Shown here piece by piece: positions 34,917 to 44,598 of a stretch of DNA of 64,000 bases (the stretch's first letter is position 1; every line of letters begins with the position of its first letter). Source of the DNA: Polyangiaceae bacterium (GTDB taxonomy: Bacteria > Myxococcota_A > Polyangia > Polyangiales > Polyangiaceae); NCBI GenBank assembly GCA_044376115.1, contig JBILLK010000026.1, positions 32,001 to 96,000 of the forward strand. The letters run 5' to 3'. A program made the translations under genes and the position numbers. The notes beneath the pieces are model-generated. The model had not been told where the DNA came from. It saw only the letters and a list, made by a program, of their open reading frames with translations, and did not search any database.

Positions 34917-35939
34917 ATGAACCGCAACCGCTTTACCTCCTCGCTCATCGCACTCACGCTGAGCCTCGCTTGCGCCAGCGAGGCGGTGGAGACGAGCACG
35001 GGCGGTGGCGCTACCACGTCCACTGGCGGCGCACCCACGTCAAACGGTGGTGGTGGAGCGGGAGCGGAGGCCGGCAGCAGCGCGCAGGGAGGCGGGTTAG
35101 CCGGCACCGGCGGCTCCGGTGGCTCCGCAGCCTGCGACGACCCAGCGACCCCCTGCTTCGATCAAAGCTGCCTCGACGCAGGTGAGCCTTACATCGATCC
35201 AACGTTGCTCGGCGCTCCCTGTGGCGAGGCGATCTGCGGCGTCGACGCGGTCGGACGCTGTCTCGATGAGTCGTTCGTTCCCGCTGAGCAACTCGCGCTG
35301 TTCGAAGCTTGTTCGGAGGGGAAGGTGTGCGTACCCGATCGACTGATCGCGACGAACGGCAACCCGGAGCCGCAACCATGCAGCTCAATCGCTGGGGCCG
35401 AAGGTCGCTGCCTCTCGCGCTGCCTGCCCGACGTTCAGGCGCAAGAGGCCTCAGCAGGCTTACCGGCCGACGTGTGCAGCCCGGGCGACGTCTGCGTGCC
35501 TTGCTTCAATCCGCTCGACGGCAGCGACACCGGGGCCTGCCGCATCGGCGCTCGCGGATGCGACGCGCCGATCGAACCGCCCGTCGAGTTCCTCGCCTGT
35601 TGTGCCGACAAAGGTGGCGGGCGTTGCATCCCCTTGACGCTCGCGGGTCCCACCGCCGCCGACTCTCTCGACGCCGAGGAGTGCACGGCGCTCGGCGCCG
35701 CTGACTCGGTCTGCGTTCCCACCGTACTACTCGACGCGCAGGCCGCGGGCGCAACGGTGTACGAGCCGCCCGTGTGCAACACCCTGCTCAGCGGGGAAGG
35801 CCGTTGTCTACCGACCTGCATCCCCGACGCCGATTCCTTCCTCTTCGGCAACGGCGACTGCGAAAGTGACACCGACAACTGCGTCCCTTGCGAGCTACTC
35901 GGTCAAGACACGGGCAGCTGCGCGCCGATCGAGCTGTGA
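34917..35939 (+). CDS. Cys-rich lipoprotein (paralog of 51593-52600)
   Basis: SLAC lipobox, Gly linker and repeated EGRCLxxCxP / CVPC motifs. Confidence 0.8.
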   Translation: MNRNRFTSSLIALTLSLACASEAVETSTGGGATTSTGGAPTSNGGGGAGAEAGSSAQGGGLAGTGGSGGSAACDDPATPCFDQSCLDAGEPYIDPTLLGAPCGEAICGVDAVGRCLDESFVPAEQLALFEACSEGKVCVPDRLIATNGNPEPQPCSSIAGAEGRCLSRCLPDVQAQEASAGLPADVCSPGDVCVPCFNPLDGSDTGACRIGARGCDAPIEPPVEFLACCADKGGGRCIPLTLAGPTAADSLDAEECTALGAADSVCVPTVLLDAQAAGATVYEPPVCNTLLSGEGRCLPTCIPDADSFLFGNGDCESDTDNCVPCELLGQDTGSCAPIEL

Positions 35940-36142
35940 GTCACAGCCCGAAGTACGTCTCCACGCTGCACTCCGAAGGTGGCGAACAGCGCCGTAGGTC
36001 CAAGCGCTGTACGTTACCTTGTTATCTACCCAGCGCCTCAGCCAGCTTTCGATGCGCGAGCGAGCTCGACCCGCTTCGTGCGCAGCTTCGACGAGATCGC
36101 GCTGGATGAAAGCGATGCGGCGCCCGCGTAAGCAACACGGCC

Positions 36143-37144
36143 TCAGCGCGCGAGCAGGACGATCTTTCCGTGGACGCCCCCGGCCTCAAGCATCTGCTGG
36201 GCGCGCACGCCCTCCAGGAGGTCGAGCCGTGCCGCGATCGAGGGCTTGATGCGGCGCTGACGGAGCAGCTCAAACAGCTTGATTAGGTCTTCCCGGAACG
36301 GGACCTTCGTCTCACGGTAGAGCTTGGTGATCCCGTAGAAGTTCGCGCGTCTCCCGCGCAGAGGCGCGCCTACGAACAAGGCGATGAAGCCTGGAATCGC
36401 GGCCAGCGTCGTCCGTGCCGCCATGAAGCCGTAGCTCACGACCACACCACCACGGCGCGTGGCGCGCACACAGGCGCGCGTACCGCTGCCACCGAGCCCA
36501 TCGAAGGCGGCGTCCACGCCGTCGGGTAGGAGTTCGCGGACCTGCTCGTCGAGCGGCCTTGCGCGCGACTCGATCGGCCTCGCCCCGTAGGACTCGACGG
36601 TGGCTGCGTGGGCGCGTGACGCGGAACCAATCGAGCTGGCGCCGTGGTCGCGCAGGAGCTCGAGCAAGGCCACTCCGACTCCGCCGTTGGCGCCGGTCAC
36701 TAGCGCCGAGGCCCCGGGGGGCAGCTTGGCGGCGCGGTGGATCGCTTGGTACGCCGTGACGTAGTTGAGCACGAGCGCGACGACCTCCGCGTCGTCCAGG
36801 CCGTCGGGCACCGGGACGAACTCGTCCTCCTCGCGCACGAGGTACTCACCCCAGCCGCCATGCACGGTGAGCCCGCACACGCGCTGCCCCACCGAGAGCT
36901 CGCGCACCTCGGCGCCGACGGCGTCAATCACGCCCACGACCTCGTAGCCCTGCACAAACGGGAACGGGGGCCGGAATGGGTAGTAGCCCGTACGCATCGT
37001 GATGTCGGTGAAGCCCGCGCCAGACGCGGTGACCTTGATGCGGACCTGGCGGGGCCCGGGCTCGAGCAGGGGTAGCTCGCGCAGTTCGAGCTGCTCGAGG
37101 CCGCCCATACCTTTGAGGACGATGGCTCGGTAGGTTTTCGACAT
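36143..37144 (-). CDS. Medium-chain dehydrogenase/reductase (Zn-independent NADPH:quinone oxidoreductase type)
   Basis: PFVQGYEVVG, NYVTAYQ, VTGANGGVG and GKIVL. Confidence 0.92.
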   Translation of the reverse strand: MSKTYRAIVLKGMGGLEQLELRELPLLEPGPRQVRIKVTASGAGFTDITMRTGYYPFRPPFPFVQGYEVVGVIDAVGAEVRELSVGQRVCGLTVHGGWGEYLVREEDEFVPVPDGLDDAEVVALVLNYVTAYQAIHRAAKLPPGASALVTGANGGVGVALLELLRDHGASSIGSASRAHAATVESYGARPIESRARPLDEQVRELLPDGVDAAFDGLGGSGTRACVRATRRGGVVVSYGFMAARTTLAAIPGFIALFVGAPLRGRRANFYGITKLYRETKVPFREDLIKLFELLRQRRIKPSIAARLDLLEGVRAQQMLEAGGVHGKIVLLAR

Positions 37145-37190
37145 AGGGAGAGCGTGGCCCTCGAGCGGCGGGTCGTAAAGATGCGCGATC

Positions 37191-37205
37191 GCACATCAGA
37201 TGTGC
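37191..37205. promoter_or_regulatory. Palindrome between the MDR and LysR genes (candidate regulator site)
   Basis: GCACATC-A-GATGTGC in the short divergent intergenic region. Confidence 0.55.
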
Positions 37206-37216
37206 AAGGATGCACT

Positions 37217-38113
37217 ATGGCAGCAAGCGTGGATCCTCAGGCGGTCAGCTGGCGCGATCTCGAGGTGCTCCTCGGCCTTTTGCGCGCCCGCACCGCCAGA
37301 GAAGCGGGAGAGCGGCTGGGCGTGGATCGCACGACGGTCACGCGCCACGTCGCGGCGCTCGAGCGACGGCTCGGCACCGCGCTGTTCGTGCGGACGCGTG
37401 ACGGCCTGCAGCCAACCGCCGCCGCCGAGCGACTGCGGCCTGCCGCAGAGCGTATGGAACGCGAGGCCGCGACGATCGCGCAGCTCGCGCGGAGTGGCGC
37501 GGGTGAGATCGCTGGCAACGTCAGGCTCGCCACCACCGAGGCCCTCGCATCCTTGCTCGTCGCCGAGGGGTTACTCTCGCTCCGCGACGCACACCCGCAG
37601 CTCACGATCGAGCTCCTCGGGGGCAATCGTCCGCTGGATCTGCGCGCCGGAGAGGCAGACTTGGCGCTGCGCGTGGTCCCTTCGCGAGAGGCGACGCTCA
37701 AGGTACGCTGCATCGCGCGCTTGGGTGTCGGGCTGTTCGCTGCGCCCAGCTACCTCGCGCAACGCGGTCAGCCTCGCGGCCTCTCGCTGGCAGGGCACAA
37801 CGTCGTGCTGCCGAGCGGGGAGCTCGCGCGGTCGCCCGAGGCGGCCTGGCTCGGCGCTAGCAAGGGCCGCGTGGTGTTCCGCTCCAGCAGTATGCCCGCC
37901 TTGTTCGAGGCGGTCGCCGCCGGAGTGGGCATCGGGCTCTTCACGCTCCCATGGGGAGGGCGTGACCCGCGCATGCAGCTCCTCTCGGCGGTCGAGGCGC
38001 TCGGGAGGCGCGGCGTTTGGCTGGTCGCACCCTCTGAGGGCTCCTCCCGGCGTGAAGTGCGGCTGGTCGGGGACCGCGTCGCGGCGATCATGCGGCGAGT
38101 GAGCGGTCGCTGA
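37217..38113 (+). CDS. LysR-family transcriptional regulator
   Basis: SWRDLEVL...LGVDRTTVTRHVAALERRLGTALFVR HTH; GEADLALR; divergent from the MDR gene. Confidence 0.92.
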   Translation: MAASVDPQAVSWRDLEVLLGLLRARTAREAGERLGVDRTTVTRHVAALERRLGTALFVRTRDGLQPTAAAERLRPAAERMEREAATIAQLARSGAGEIAGNVRLATTEALASLLVAEGLLSLRDAHPQLTIELLGGNRPLDLRAGEADLALRVVPSREATLKVRCIARLGVGLFAAPSYLAQRGQPRGLSLAGHNVVLPSGELARSPEAAWLGASKGRVVFRSSSMPALFEAVAAGVGIGLFTLPWGGRDPRMQLLSAVEALGRRGVWLVAPSEGSSRREVRLVGDRVAAIMRRVSGR

Positions 38114-38183
38114 GTGCGTGCAGCGTGCGTGGGAGCCAGAACTAGAAACCCGCGAACAGCTCGGCTATGCGAAGAAGGTGCAA

Positions 38184-39068
38184 ATGCAGAGGCTGAGGTC
38201 GATCGTCTTCGGGCTCCTCGTCGCTCTGCTGCCCGGTCAAGCGCTCGCCGACGAAAGCACGCCAGAGAGCGCGAAAGCACCGCCGCCGACCGACGCGACG
38301 GCAGAATGTCTCGAATCCTTCGAGGCGGCGCAAAGCCTTCGAAAGGAAGGGAAGCTTCGCGCCGCGAGCGCCCAACTCGAGGTCTGCGCGCAGGTCGCAT
38401 GTCCGGAGATCGTTGCGGCCAAATGCACCGAGTGGCGGCAACAGGTCGCGCGTGCCCAACCTTCGATCGTCGTGGTGGCGAAGAGCGCCACCGGAGCGGA
38501 CCTGCTCGACGTCCAGATCCGAATCGACGGCGAGCCGGTTGCCTCGGAGAAGATGGGCCGGCCGTTCGACGTGGATGCAGGGCCACACGATGTCACCGTC
38601 GTCGATACGTCGGGCAAGGCCGTCAGCACTCGCATCGTCGTCGTCGAGGCGGAGCAGAGCCGCCGCGTCGAACTCAAGTTCCCGTCGCCTCCGGAGCCGA
38701 AGAAGCCACCGGCCAAGGTCGCGCTCGTGACTCGTTCAGACCTCGAGCGCGTTCATCCCGCCACATGGATCGCGTTCGGCGTAGGGCTAGCAGGCGCAGT
38801 CGCCGGGACCGTAACGGGTGTGATCGCGCTGGACCGCGCGTCCGAGCTCGAGACGCTGTGCGGTAGTACGAGCTGCGCCGAAGAGTACCGCGACGAATAC
38901 GACGCGGGAGCAACGATCGCCCATGCTTCGACGGCAAGCTTCGTGATTGCGGGCGTAGGGCTCGCCACCGGGTTCTTGCTGCTGCCGATCTTGTATGACG
39001 ATAGCGACCCGCCGGTTGCGCCGGTCGTTGGCCTTGGCTTCGTTGGCCTGCGAGGGACGTTTCGATGA
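38184..39068 (+). CDS. TPR-like + PEGA-like envelope protein
   Basis: Signal peptide; CLESFEAAQSLRKEGKL...CAQVACP; IRIDGEP...VDAGPHDV; hydrophobic hairpin; ends GLRGTFR. Confidence 0.8.
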   Translation: MQRLRSIVFGLLVALLPGQALADESTPESAKAPPPTDATAECLESFEAAQSLRKEGKLRAASAQLEVCAQVACPEIVAAKCTEWRQQVARAQPSIVVVAKSATGADLLDVQIRIDGEPVASEKMGRPFDVDAGPHDVTVVDTSGKAVSTRIVVVEAEQSRRVELKFPSPPEPKKPPAKVALVTRSDLERVHPATWIAFGVGLAGAVAGTVTGVIALDRASELETLCGSTSCAEEYRDEYDAGATIAHASTASFVIAGVGLATGFLLLPILYDDSDPPVAPVVGLGFVGLRGTFR

Positions 39069-41251
39069 AGCGAACGCGGAAACACTGGATGAGGGGAGCC
39101 TTCGCCATCGGCTTGAGCGCCGTGATCGCGCCCGGGTGCTTTGACCTCGCCGGCTTCGACGACTTCACGTTCCGGCCCCCCCTCAACCTACGACTCAGCG
39201 GAAGCAAGCCGCCGGACAAACTCGACTTGCTGCTGGTGGTCGATAACTCGTTCGGGCTCGCCGACGTGCAAGCCGTGCTGTCGCAGACCTTCCTCGACTT
39301 CTTCGAACGCCTCGCCAATCCTCCCTGTCTCGACATCAACCGTAACCCTGTACCCGTAGCTGGTCCGCTCGAGGCGTGTCCGAGCGGAACGGCGCGCGAG
39401 TCACCGCCGCTGCTCGACATCCACGTCGGGATCATCACCTCGAGCCTCGGAGATCACGGGGGCGACGTCTGCGAATCGGCGAGCGGCGATACCAAAGCGC
39501 ACCTCGAGCGTGGTTCACCGGATCAGTCCTATGACGGCAAGGGCTTCCTGGTGTGGGATCCCAGCGAGGTCCTCATCCCGCCGGGGGACTCCCAGGTCGA
39601 AGTGCTCGTCGATCGCGTGAGTACGATCTTGGGCGGCCTGGACCAACAGGGCTGCGGCTACGAAGCCCCGCTCGAAGCCATGTATCGCTTCCTCAACGAT
39701 CCCAACCCGTACGAAACGCTCGTGGTGGATGGCGCAACGTCGAAGCTCGACGGTACGGATAGTGAAGTCCTAACGCAGCGCGCTGAGTTTCTGCGCCCGG
39801 ACTCGATCGTTGCCATCGTGCTCATAAGCGACGAGAACGACTGTTCGTTCGTCGACGGAGCTCAGTCCCACTTGCTCACGCGTGCTGGTCCTTTGTCGAG
39901 TGCATTCAACGCTCGTGCGGCTTGCGCGCTCTCCCCCGCTGACCCGTGCTGTACATCGTGTGCCCTGCCTCCGGGGGAAGGCTGCGACACCTCCAAGGAC
40001 GAGTGTGATGCACCCGTCGTCGCCCACCCCAACCTTCGTTGCTTCGATCAGAAGCGGCGCTTTGGCTTTGATTTTCTTTATCCCGTCGAGCGCTATGAAC
40101 GCGGGCTTACCTCGCCCACCGTGGAAGACAGAGACGGCAACGAAGTCCTCAATCCGCTCTTTGCGGGAGGGAGAGATCCGAATCTCGTGTTGCTAACTGC
40201 GCTGGTTGGCGTGCCGTGGCACGACATCGCGCGGCGCGACAAGGACTTGCAACCGGACCTTCTCGCGGGACTCGACGCCTCGGGCGAGCCGACGGGCGGA
40301 GTGCTCAACGCCGATGAGCTGGTGAAGCTCGGAGCGTGGGAGCTGATCGCGGGCGAGCCCACCAGCTACGTTCCGCCAGCGGATCCGTTCATGATTGAGT
40401 CGAGCGATCGGCGCGAGGGGAAGAACCCCATCACCGATACCGCCATCACGGGTCCAGAGGGTCCACAGAACGAGATCAACGGTTTCGACTTCGAGCAGGA
40501 GGAGCCAGCAGAGCCGTCCGCGCTCCAATACGCGTGCATCGCTCGTCTGCCGACCCCGATCCAGTCAAGCGAGTGTGCGTCCAACGTCGCCAATCCGATT
40601 TGCGTGGGCAACGATAGGGTCGCGCACGCTGCAAGCCCGGGCCTCCGGCAGCTCGAGCTAGTGCGTCGTCTCGGCCCGCGCGGCGCGGTGGGCTCGGTTT
40701 GTTGGGCCCAGGTCGATAACCCGGAAGCAGACGACTTCGGCTACCGACCGGCGCTGCTCGGATCGGCCCAGGGCGTTGGCGGCCTGGCCGGAGCCCTCCA
40801 GAACCAGCTTCGTGGCCAGAGCTGCGTTTCAGAGCAGCTCCCCGTGGACAGCAACGACAACGTGCAATGTGAGATCGTCGAAGCACTCGTCACCGTGCCG
40901 GGGGAGTGCAACTGCGAGGCTCCCGCGCGGCGGCGAAGTGGCGACGCAGACGCCGACACGATCGAACGCGCTCGTGCGGACGAGTTTGCCGACCCGAACT
41001 GGAACTGCTTCTGCTTCCTCCAGCAGGCGCAAGAGGGGCTCGACCGCCGAGCCTGCGAAAGCTACGTGAGCCAGCCGGTGGTCAACGAGTTCGGAGGGCC
41101 AGTCGACGCGTGGTGTTACGTCGACGCCACGACCAATCCTCCACTCGGAGAACCATCGCTCGTCTCCGCTTGCCCTGAGAAGCGGGCGGTGCGCTTCGTC
41201 GGCGACGCACTCCCACGCCCCCGCGCGACAGTCTTCATCGATTGCCCCTAA
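39065..41251 (+). CDS. Large Cys-rich lipoprotein with VWA-like domain (myxobacterial family)
   Basis: APGC lipobox; KLDLLLVVDNS, IHVGIITSSLG, GCGYEAPLEAMYRFL and FLRPDS...ISDENDCS. Confidence 0.82.
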   Translation: MKRTRKHWMRGAFAIGLSAVIAPGCFDLAGFDDFTFRPPLNLRLSGSKPPDKLDLLLVVDNSFGLADVQAVLSQTFLDFFERLANPPCLDINRNPVPVAGPLEACPSGTARESPPLLDIHVGIITSSLGDHGGDVCESASGDTKAHLERGSPDQSYDGKGFLVWDPSEVLIPPGDSQVEVLVDRVSTILGGLDQQGCGYEAPLEAMYRFLNDPNPYETLVVDGATSKLDGTDSEVLTQRAEFLRPDSIVAIVLISDENDCSFVDGAQSHLLTRAGPLSSAFNARAACALSPADPCCTSCALPPGEGCDTSKDECDAPVVAHPNLRCFDQKRRFGFDFLYPVERYERGLTSPTVEDRDGNEVLNPLFAGGRDPNLVLLTALVGVPWHDIARRDKDLQPDLLAGLDASGEPTGGVLNADELVKLGAWELIAGEPTSYVPPADPFMIESSDRREGKNPITDTAITGPEGPQNEINGFDFEQEEPAEPSALQYACIARLPTPIQSSECASNVANPICVGNDRVAHAASPGLRQLELVRRLGPRGAVGSVCWAQVDNPEADDFGYRPALLGSAQGVGGLAGALQNQLRGQSCVSEQLPVDSNDNVQCEIVEALVTVPGECNCEAPARRRSGDADADTIERARADEFADPNWNCFCFLQQAQEGLDRRACESYVSQPVVNEFGGPVDAWCYVDATTNPPLGEPSLVSACPEKRAVRFVGDALPRPRATVFIDCP

Positions 41252-41267
41252 ACCCGAAAAGCGCCGA

Positions 41268-42815
41268 TCACAGGCACTCGGGGCGAGGCAGGAGAAAGCC
41301 CTTTTCGTTGGTCATGAACCCCGCGTCGGTCGTGCAGTAGGCCGGCTTCGAACGCACCGAAGCGGTGACCGCTGGGACCGCGCTTCGTTGGGGGCGCGGG
41401 CTCGGCGACGTACTCCGAGGCGTCGCGCTCGGCGACGTCGTCGGCGACGTTGTCGGCGACGTTGTCGGCTCGGGCTCGCGGGCGGGGCTGGAGGTCGCCC
41501 CCTCGAGCGGCGGCGAAAGCGAGGGCGTGACCACTGCGCTCGAGCGTTCCGCCAGCGGTGGAGCGGAGGCAGCATGCGACGTCGAGTCTTGCCGCGCGCG
41601 ATCGGGCGAAAGGGCGAACCACGCAAGGCTCGCAAAGGCCCCCGCGCCGGCGATCGCCAGCACGGCGCGCGAGCTTCTTCGTGTTGGCCGCGGAGCCCCG
41701 GCAGCCCCCGCCAGCGTTTCTGCGGCGGGTGCCGCCGCCCTCCCCACCTCCGAGGCAATGGTCTCTGTCGAGCGCCCCGAGGGCTCACTGCGAATCGTGC
41801 CGCTCGCTCCGCTGCCGGAGCCAACGGCAACGGTGGAGAGCGCACCGACATCCTCAGGCGGCGGAAAGCTAGCGCTCTCGGTGTCGGCGAGGTCCAACGC
41901 GCTCCGCCCTGGGGAGCCTGGTGCCAACTCTGTGCTCGGCGGCTCAGCGTCGACCAGCACGCCTGAGAGCGCCTGCTTGCAAGCGGTCGCGAGCTCCAAC
42001 GCCGAGCCAAAGCGCTTTTCACTGCTTCGATTCAATGCCCGCGCAAAGAACGCGTCGATCTCCGCGGGCAGTCCGCTCACCTTCTGACTTGGTGCTGTAG
42101 CGTGACTGTTGTGGATGGTGAGGATCAGCTCGCCCAGCGTGTTTCCGGCGAACGGCAACGTGCCCGTGATGCACTCGTAGGCAACTGCACTCAGCGCCCA
42201 TAGATCCGCTTGCTGGTCGGTCTCTTTCTCCCCACGCAATTGCTCCGGGCTCATGTAAGCAGGCGTCCCGATGATCGCGCCAGTGGCGGTGATCGACGTC
42301 TCGGTGGAGGTCACGAGCGTCTTCGCCACGCCGAAATCGAGCACCTTTACGAATATCTCGGCGTCGGCCTCAACGCCGCCGACCAGGAACAGGTTCGCCG
42401 GTTTGATGTCGCGGTGAATGATCCGCAGGGCGTGCGCCTCGGTGAGCACCTTCGCAATCTGGTCGACGACGGTCACCGTTTGCGCGGGCGTGAGTCGACG
42501 TTTTCGCGCGAGCCGCTCCGCGAGCGTCTCGCCCTTGAGCAGCTCCATCACGATGAAAGGGGTTGTCTCCTCGAGCAGTCCGAAGTCGAAGACCCTCACC
42601 ACATGCGGGCTCGAGAGCTTGGCTGCAGTGCTCGCCTCGCGACGGAAGCGCGTCACAGCGTCGGCCTGACCGCCGCCCGGCTGTGGGAGGATGAACTTGA
42701 CGACGACCTCGGTCTCGAGCGCGAGCTGGTCTGCACGCCAGACGCTGCCCATCGCCCCCTGGCCCATCAGCTCGCGTAGCTGGACGTTGGGGGTCACCTT
42801 CAAGCCGGCCTTCAT
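41268..42815 (-). CDS. Hanks-type Ser/Thr protein kinase, membrane anchored
   Basis: MGQGAMGSVW, VVVKF, HRDIKPAN, DFG and GTPAYMSPE; one TM, TTSP repeats and C-terminal C...KGFLLPRPECL. Confidence 0.95.
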   Translation of the reverse strand: MKAGLKVTPNVQLRELMGQGAMGSVWRADQLALETEVVVKFILPQPGGGQADAVTRFRREASTAAKLSSPHVVRVFDFGLLEETTPFIVMELLKGETLAERLARKRRLTPAQTVTVVDQIAKVLTEAHALRIIHRDIKPANLFLVGGVEADAEIFVKVLDFGVAKTLVTSTETSITATGAIIGTPAYMSPEQLRGEKETDQQADLWALSAVAYECITGTLPFAGNTLGELILTIHNSHATAPSQKVSGLPAEIDAFFARALNRSSEKRFGSALELATACKQALSGVLVDAEPPSTELAPGSPGRSALDLADTESASFPPPEDVGALSTVAVGSGSGASGTIRSEPSGRSTETIASEVGRAAAPAAETLAGAAGAPRPTRRSSRAVLAIAGAGAFASLAWFALSPDRARQDSTSHAASAPPLAERSSAVVTPSLSPPLEGATSSPAREPEPTTSPTTSPTTSPSATPRSTSPSPRPQRSAVPAVTASVRSKPAYCTTDAGFMTNEKGFLLPRPECL

Positions 42816-42869
42816 TCGAAGGCCATGGTAGCCCGGTGTCTTGGGCGTGCGCGATAGAGGAGCGCGACT

Positions 42870-43325
42870 TCACCCAAGCGAGGGCTTGGCCAGCTTCTCA
42901 CCCGCGACGTCGGACGAAGCCTCCAACACCAAGAGCCGAACCCGGCCCGTCGCGGCGACCTTCTGCGCGTCGTCGTGGATTACGACGTCCCACAGCTGCG
43001 TGCGGCGTCCGCGCGTGACCGGCGTCGCGCGAGCGTGCAGCGTGCCGCTACGCACCGCGCGCACGAAGGAGGTCTGGTTCTCGAGACCCACGATGCTGCA
43101 GCCGTTCGTCATGGCGTCCAACGCAGCACCGACCGACGCGAGGGACTCGACGATCGACGCGTACACGCCGCCATGCACGATGCCTTGCGGCTGACAGTGA
43201 GCGGGGGTCACGAGCACGGTGCCCGTGACGCCATCACGCGTCGCCGAGGTGACCTCCAGGCCGAGGCCTCCGGCCCAGGTTCCACGATGCACCGCGTTGA
43301 TCTCGTTCGAGCGATCTTCACTCAT
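42870..43325 (-). CDS. PaaI-family hotdog thioesterase
   Basis: QPQGIVHGGVYASIVES and VGLENQTSFVRAV. Confidence 0.92.
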   Translation of the reverse strand: MSEDRSNEINAVHRGTWAGGLGLEVTSATRDGVTGTVLVTPAHCQPQGIVHGGVYASIVESLASVGAALDAMTNGCSIVGLENQTSFVRAVRSGTLHARATPVTRGRRTQLWDVVIHDDAQKVAATGRVRLLVLEASSDVAGEKLAKPSLG

Positions 43326-43382
43326 GCCGCGTCCGTACCGTGAGCTGGGCTTCGAGGCACGTACAATGAGCTGAGCCTCGGC

Positions 43383-44459
43383 TCACCTCACCTTAGCCAT
43401 CGCCTCCACGAGCTCCTCTTCGGACAGGAAGACTTCAACAACGTCCTCACGGTCCTCGAGCAACGCGAGGATGCGCGCTGGCCGACGCCATGCAGCAGCG
43501 ACTGCGAGCGCGACGGTCTGCACAGGAAATCCCCGGGTCGTCTCCAGCGCACCGCTCGCGATTAGGTCCGCGAGCAACCGCGCCGCGCGCTCCGCCAACA
43601 GCGTTTCTTCATCCTGCGGCGGCGACGCCTTCGGACGCGGGGCCTGGTTGGGTGACTTGGCGCTCCGTGCGATGCGGTCCTCAAGATAGGCCAGGAAGCC
43701 CGACGGGACCGGCTGATCAAGTCCCACACTTTGCACAGCACCAGCGCGACCGAACGCCGCATACGTTCCCGGCGCTTCCTCGGCGAAGGCCAAAAGCTTG
43801 CGCGACGCCGGATGCGCGGCGCGCATCGCCTCGGTCAGCGTGCTGAGCTCGAGCGCATCGACAATGCGCACCGGCGTCTCGATCGAGCCGACCGTGGTCG
43901 TGAACCACACGTAGTCGAGCGGGAGCTTCAATCCCAACGCCGCCTCAACCTCGGCGATCTGATCGCGCTCCGGCGTGAAGGCGTACAAGTCCCGCTGTGG
44001 CAGGGCGTCGAGCAGAGCCTCGCGACGCTGCTTTAGCAACGAAGCTTCCTCGCTCATGAGCTGCTCCTCGAGCCAATCCTCGAAGCGCGTCGGCTCGCCT
44101 GGCTCGTCCTCGAGCTCGGGCTCTTCGTGATCCCAGAACTCGATCGGCAGCTCCTTCCCTCGTTTGCGCCGGAGGTCGAAGCCCCAGTAGTTGCCGCTCA
44201 GATCTCCGGCGAAGGGGATGAACCATGAGGGCCAATCGCCGCCAGCGGCGTGGGTCGCCGGCATGCCGATATCCACCGGCAGAAGGACGCGGCCGACCTC
44301 CTCCAGGAAGCGCTTGTAGCCCGGTGGTAGCGGTCGGCCCAGCAGCTCCTCCGCCGCAACGATCTCCGCGGCCGAAGCAGGCGCAGGCTCGGCGTCCGGG
44401 ATCGCAGCGCGTTGCAGCTCGAGCAGACGGAGATGAAGAGGGTGGAGCGAGCGCGTCAC
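43383..44459 (-). CDS. Tandem SMI1/KNR4 (SUKH) domain protein
   Basis: EIVAAEELLGRPLPPGYKRFL...IPFAGDLSGNYWGFD...FWDHE, and a second QIAEVEAALGLKLPLDYVWF. Confidence 0.88.
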   Translation of the reverse strand: MTRSLHPLHLRLLELQRAAIPDAEPAPASAAEIVAAEELLGRPLPPGYKRFLEEVGRVLLPVDIGMPATHAAGGDWPSWFIPFAGDLSGNYWGFDLRRKRGKELPIEFWDHEEPELEDEPGEPTRFEDWLEEQLMSEEASLLKQRREALLDALPQRDLYAFTPERDQIAEVEAALGLKLPLDYVWFTTTVGSIETPVRIVDALELSTLTEAMRAAHPASRKLLAFAEEAPGTYAAFGRAGAVQSVGLDQPVPSGFLAYLEDRIARSAKSPNQAPRPKASPPQDEETLLAERAARLLADLIASGALETTRGFPVQTVALAVAAAWRRPARILALLEDREDVVEVFLSEEELVEAMAKVR

Positions 44460-44598
44460 CGAGAACGAACGCTAGTCCGACCGAAGGGCGGCCATCGAAA
44501 AAAGAGGGATGACGGAGCCGAAACTTGGGACAGCCGCTTGCAGACCTGCCCGTGAGGATGCGGGGGACCGAGCTCGGCCTGGTATGTTCATCACCGCG

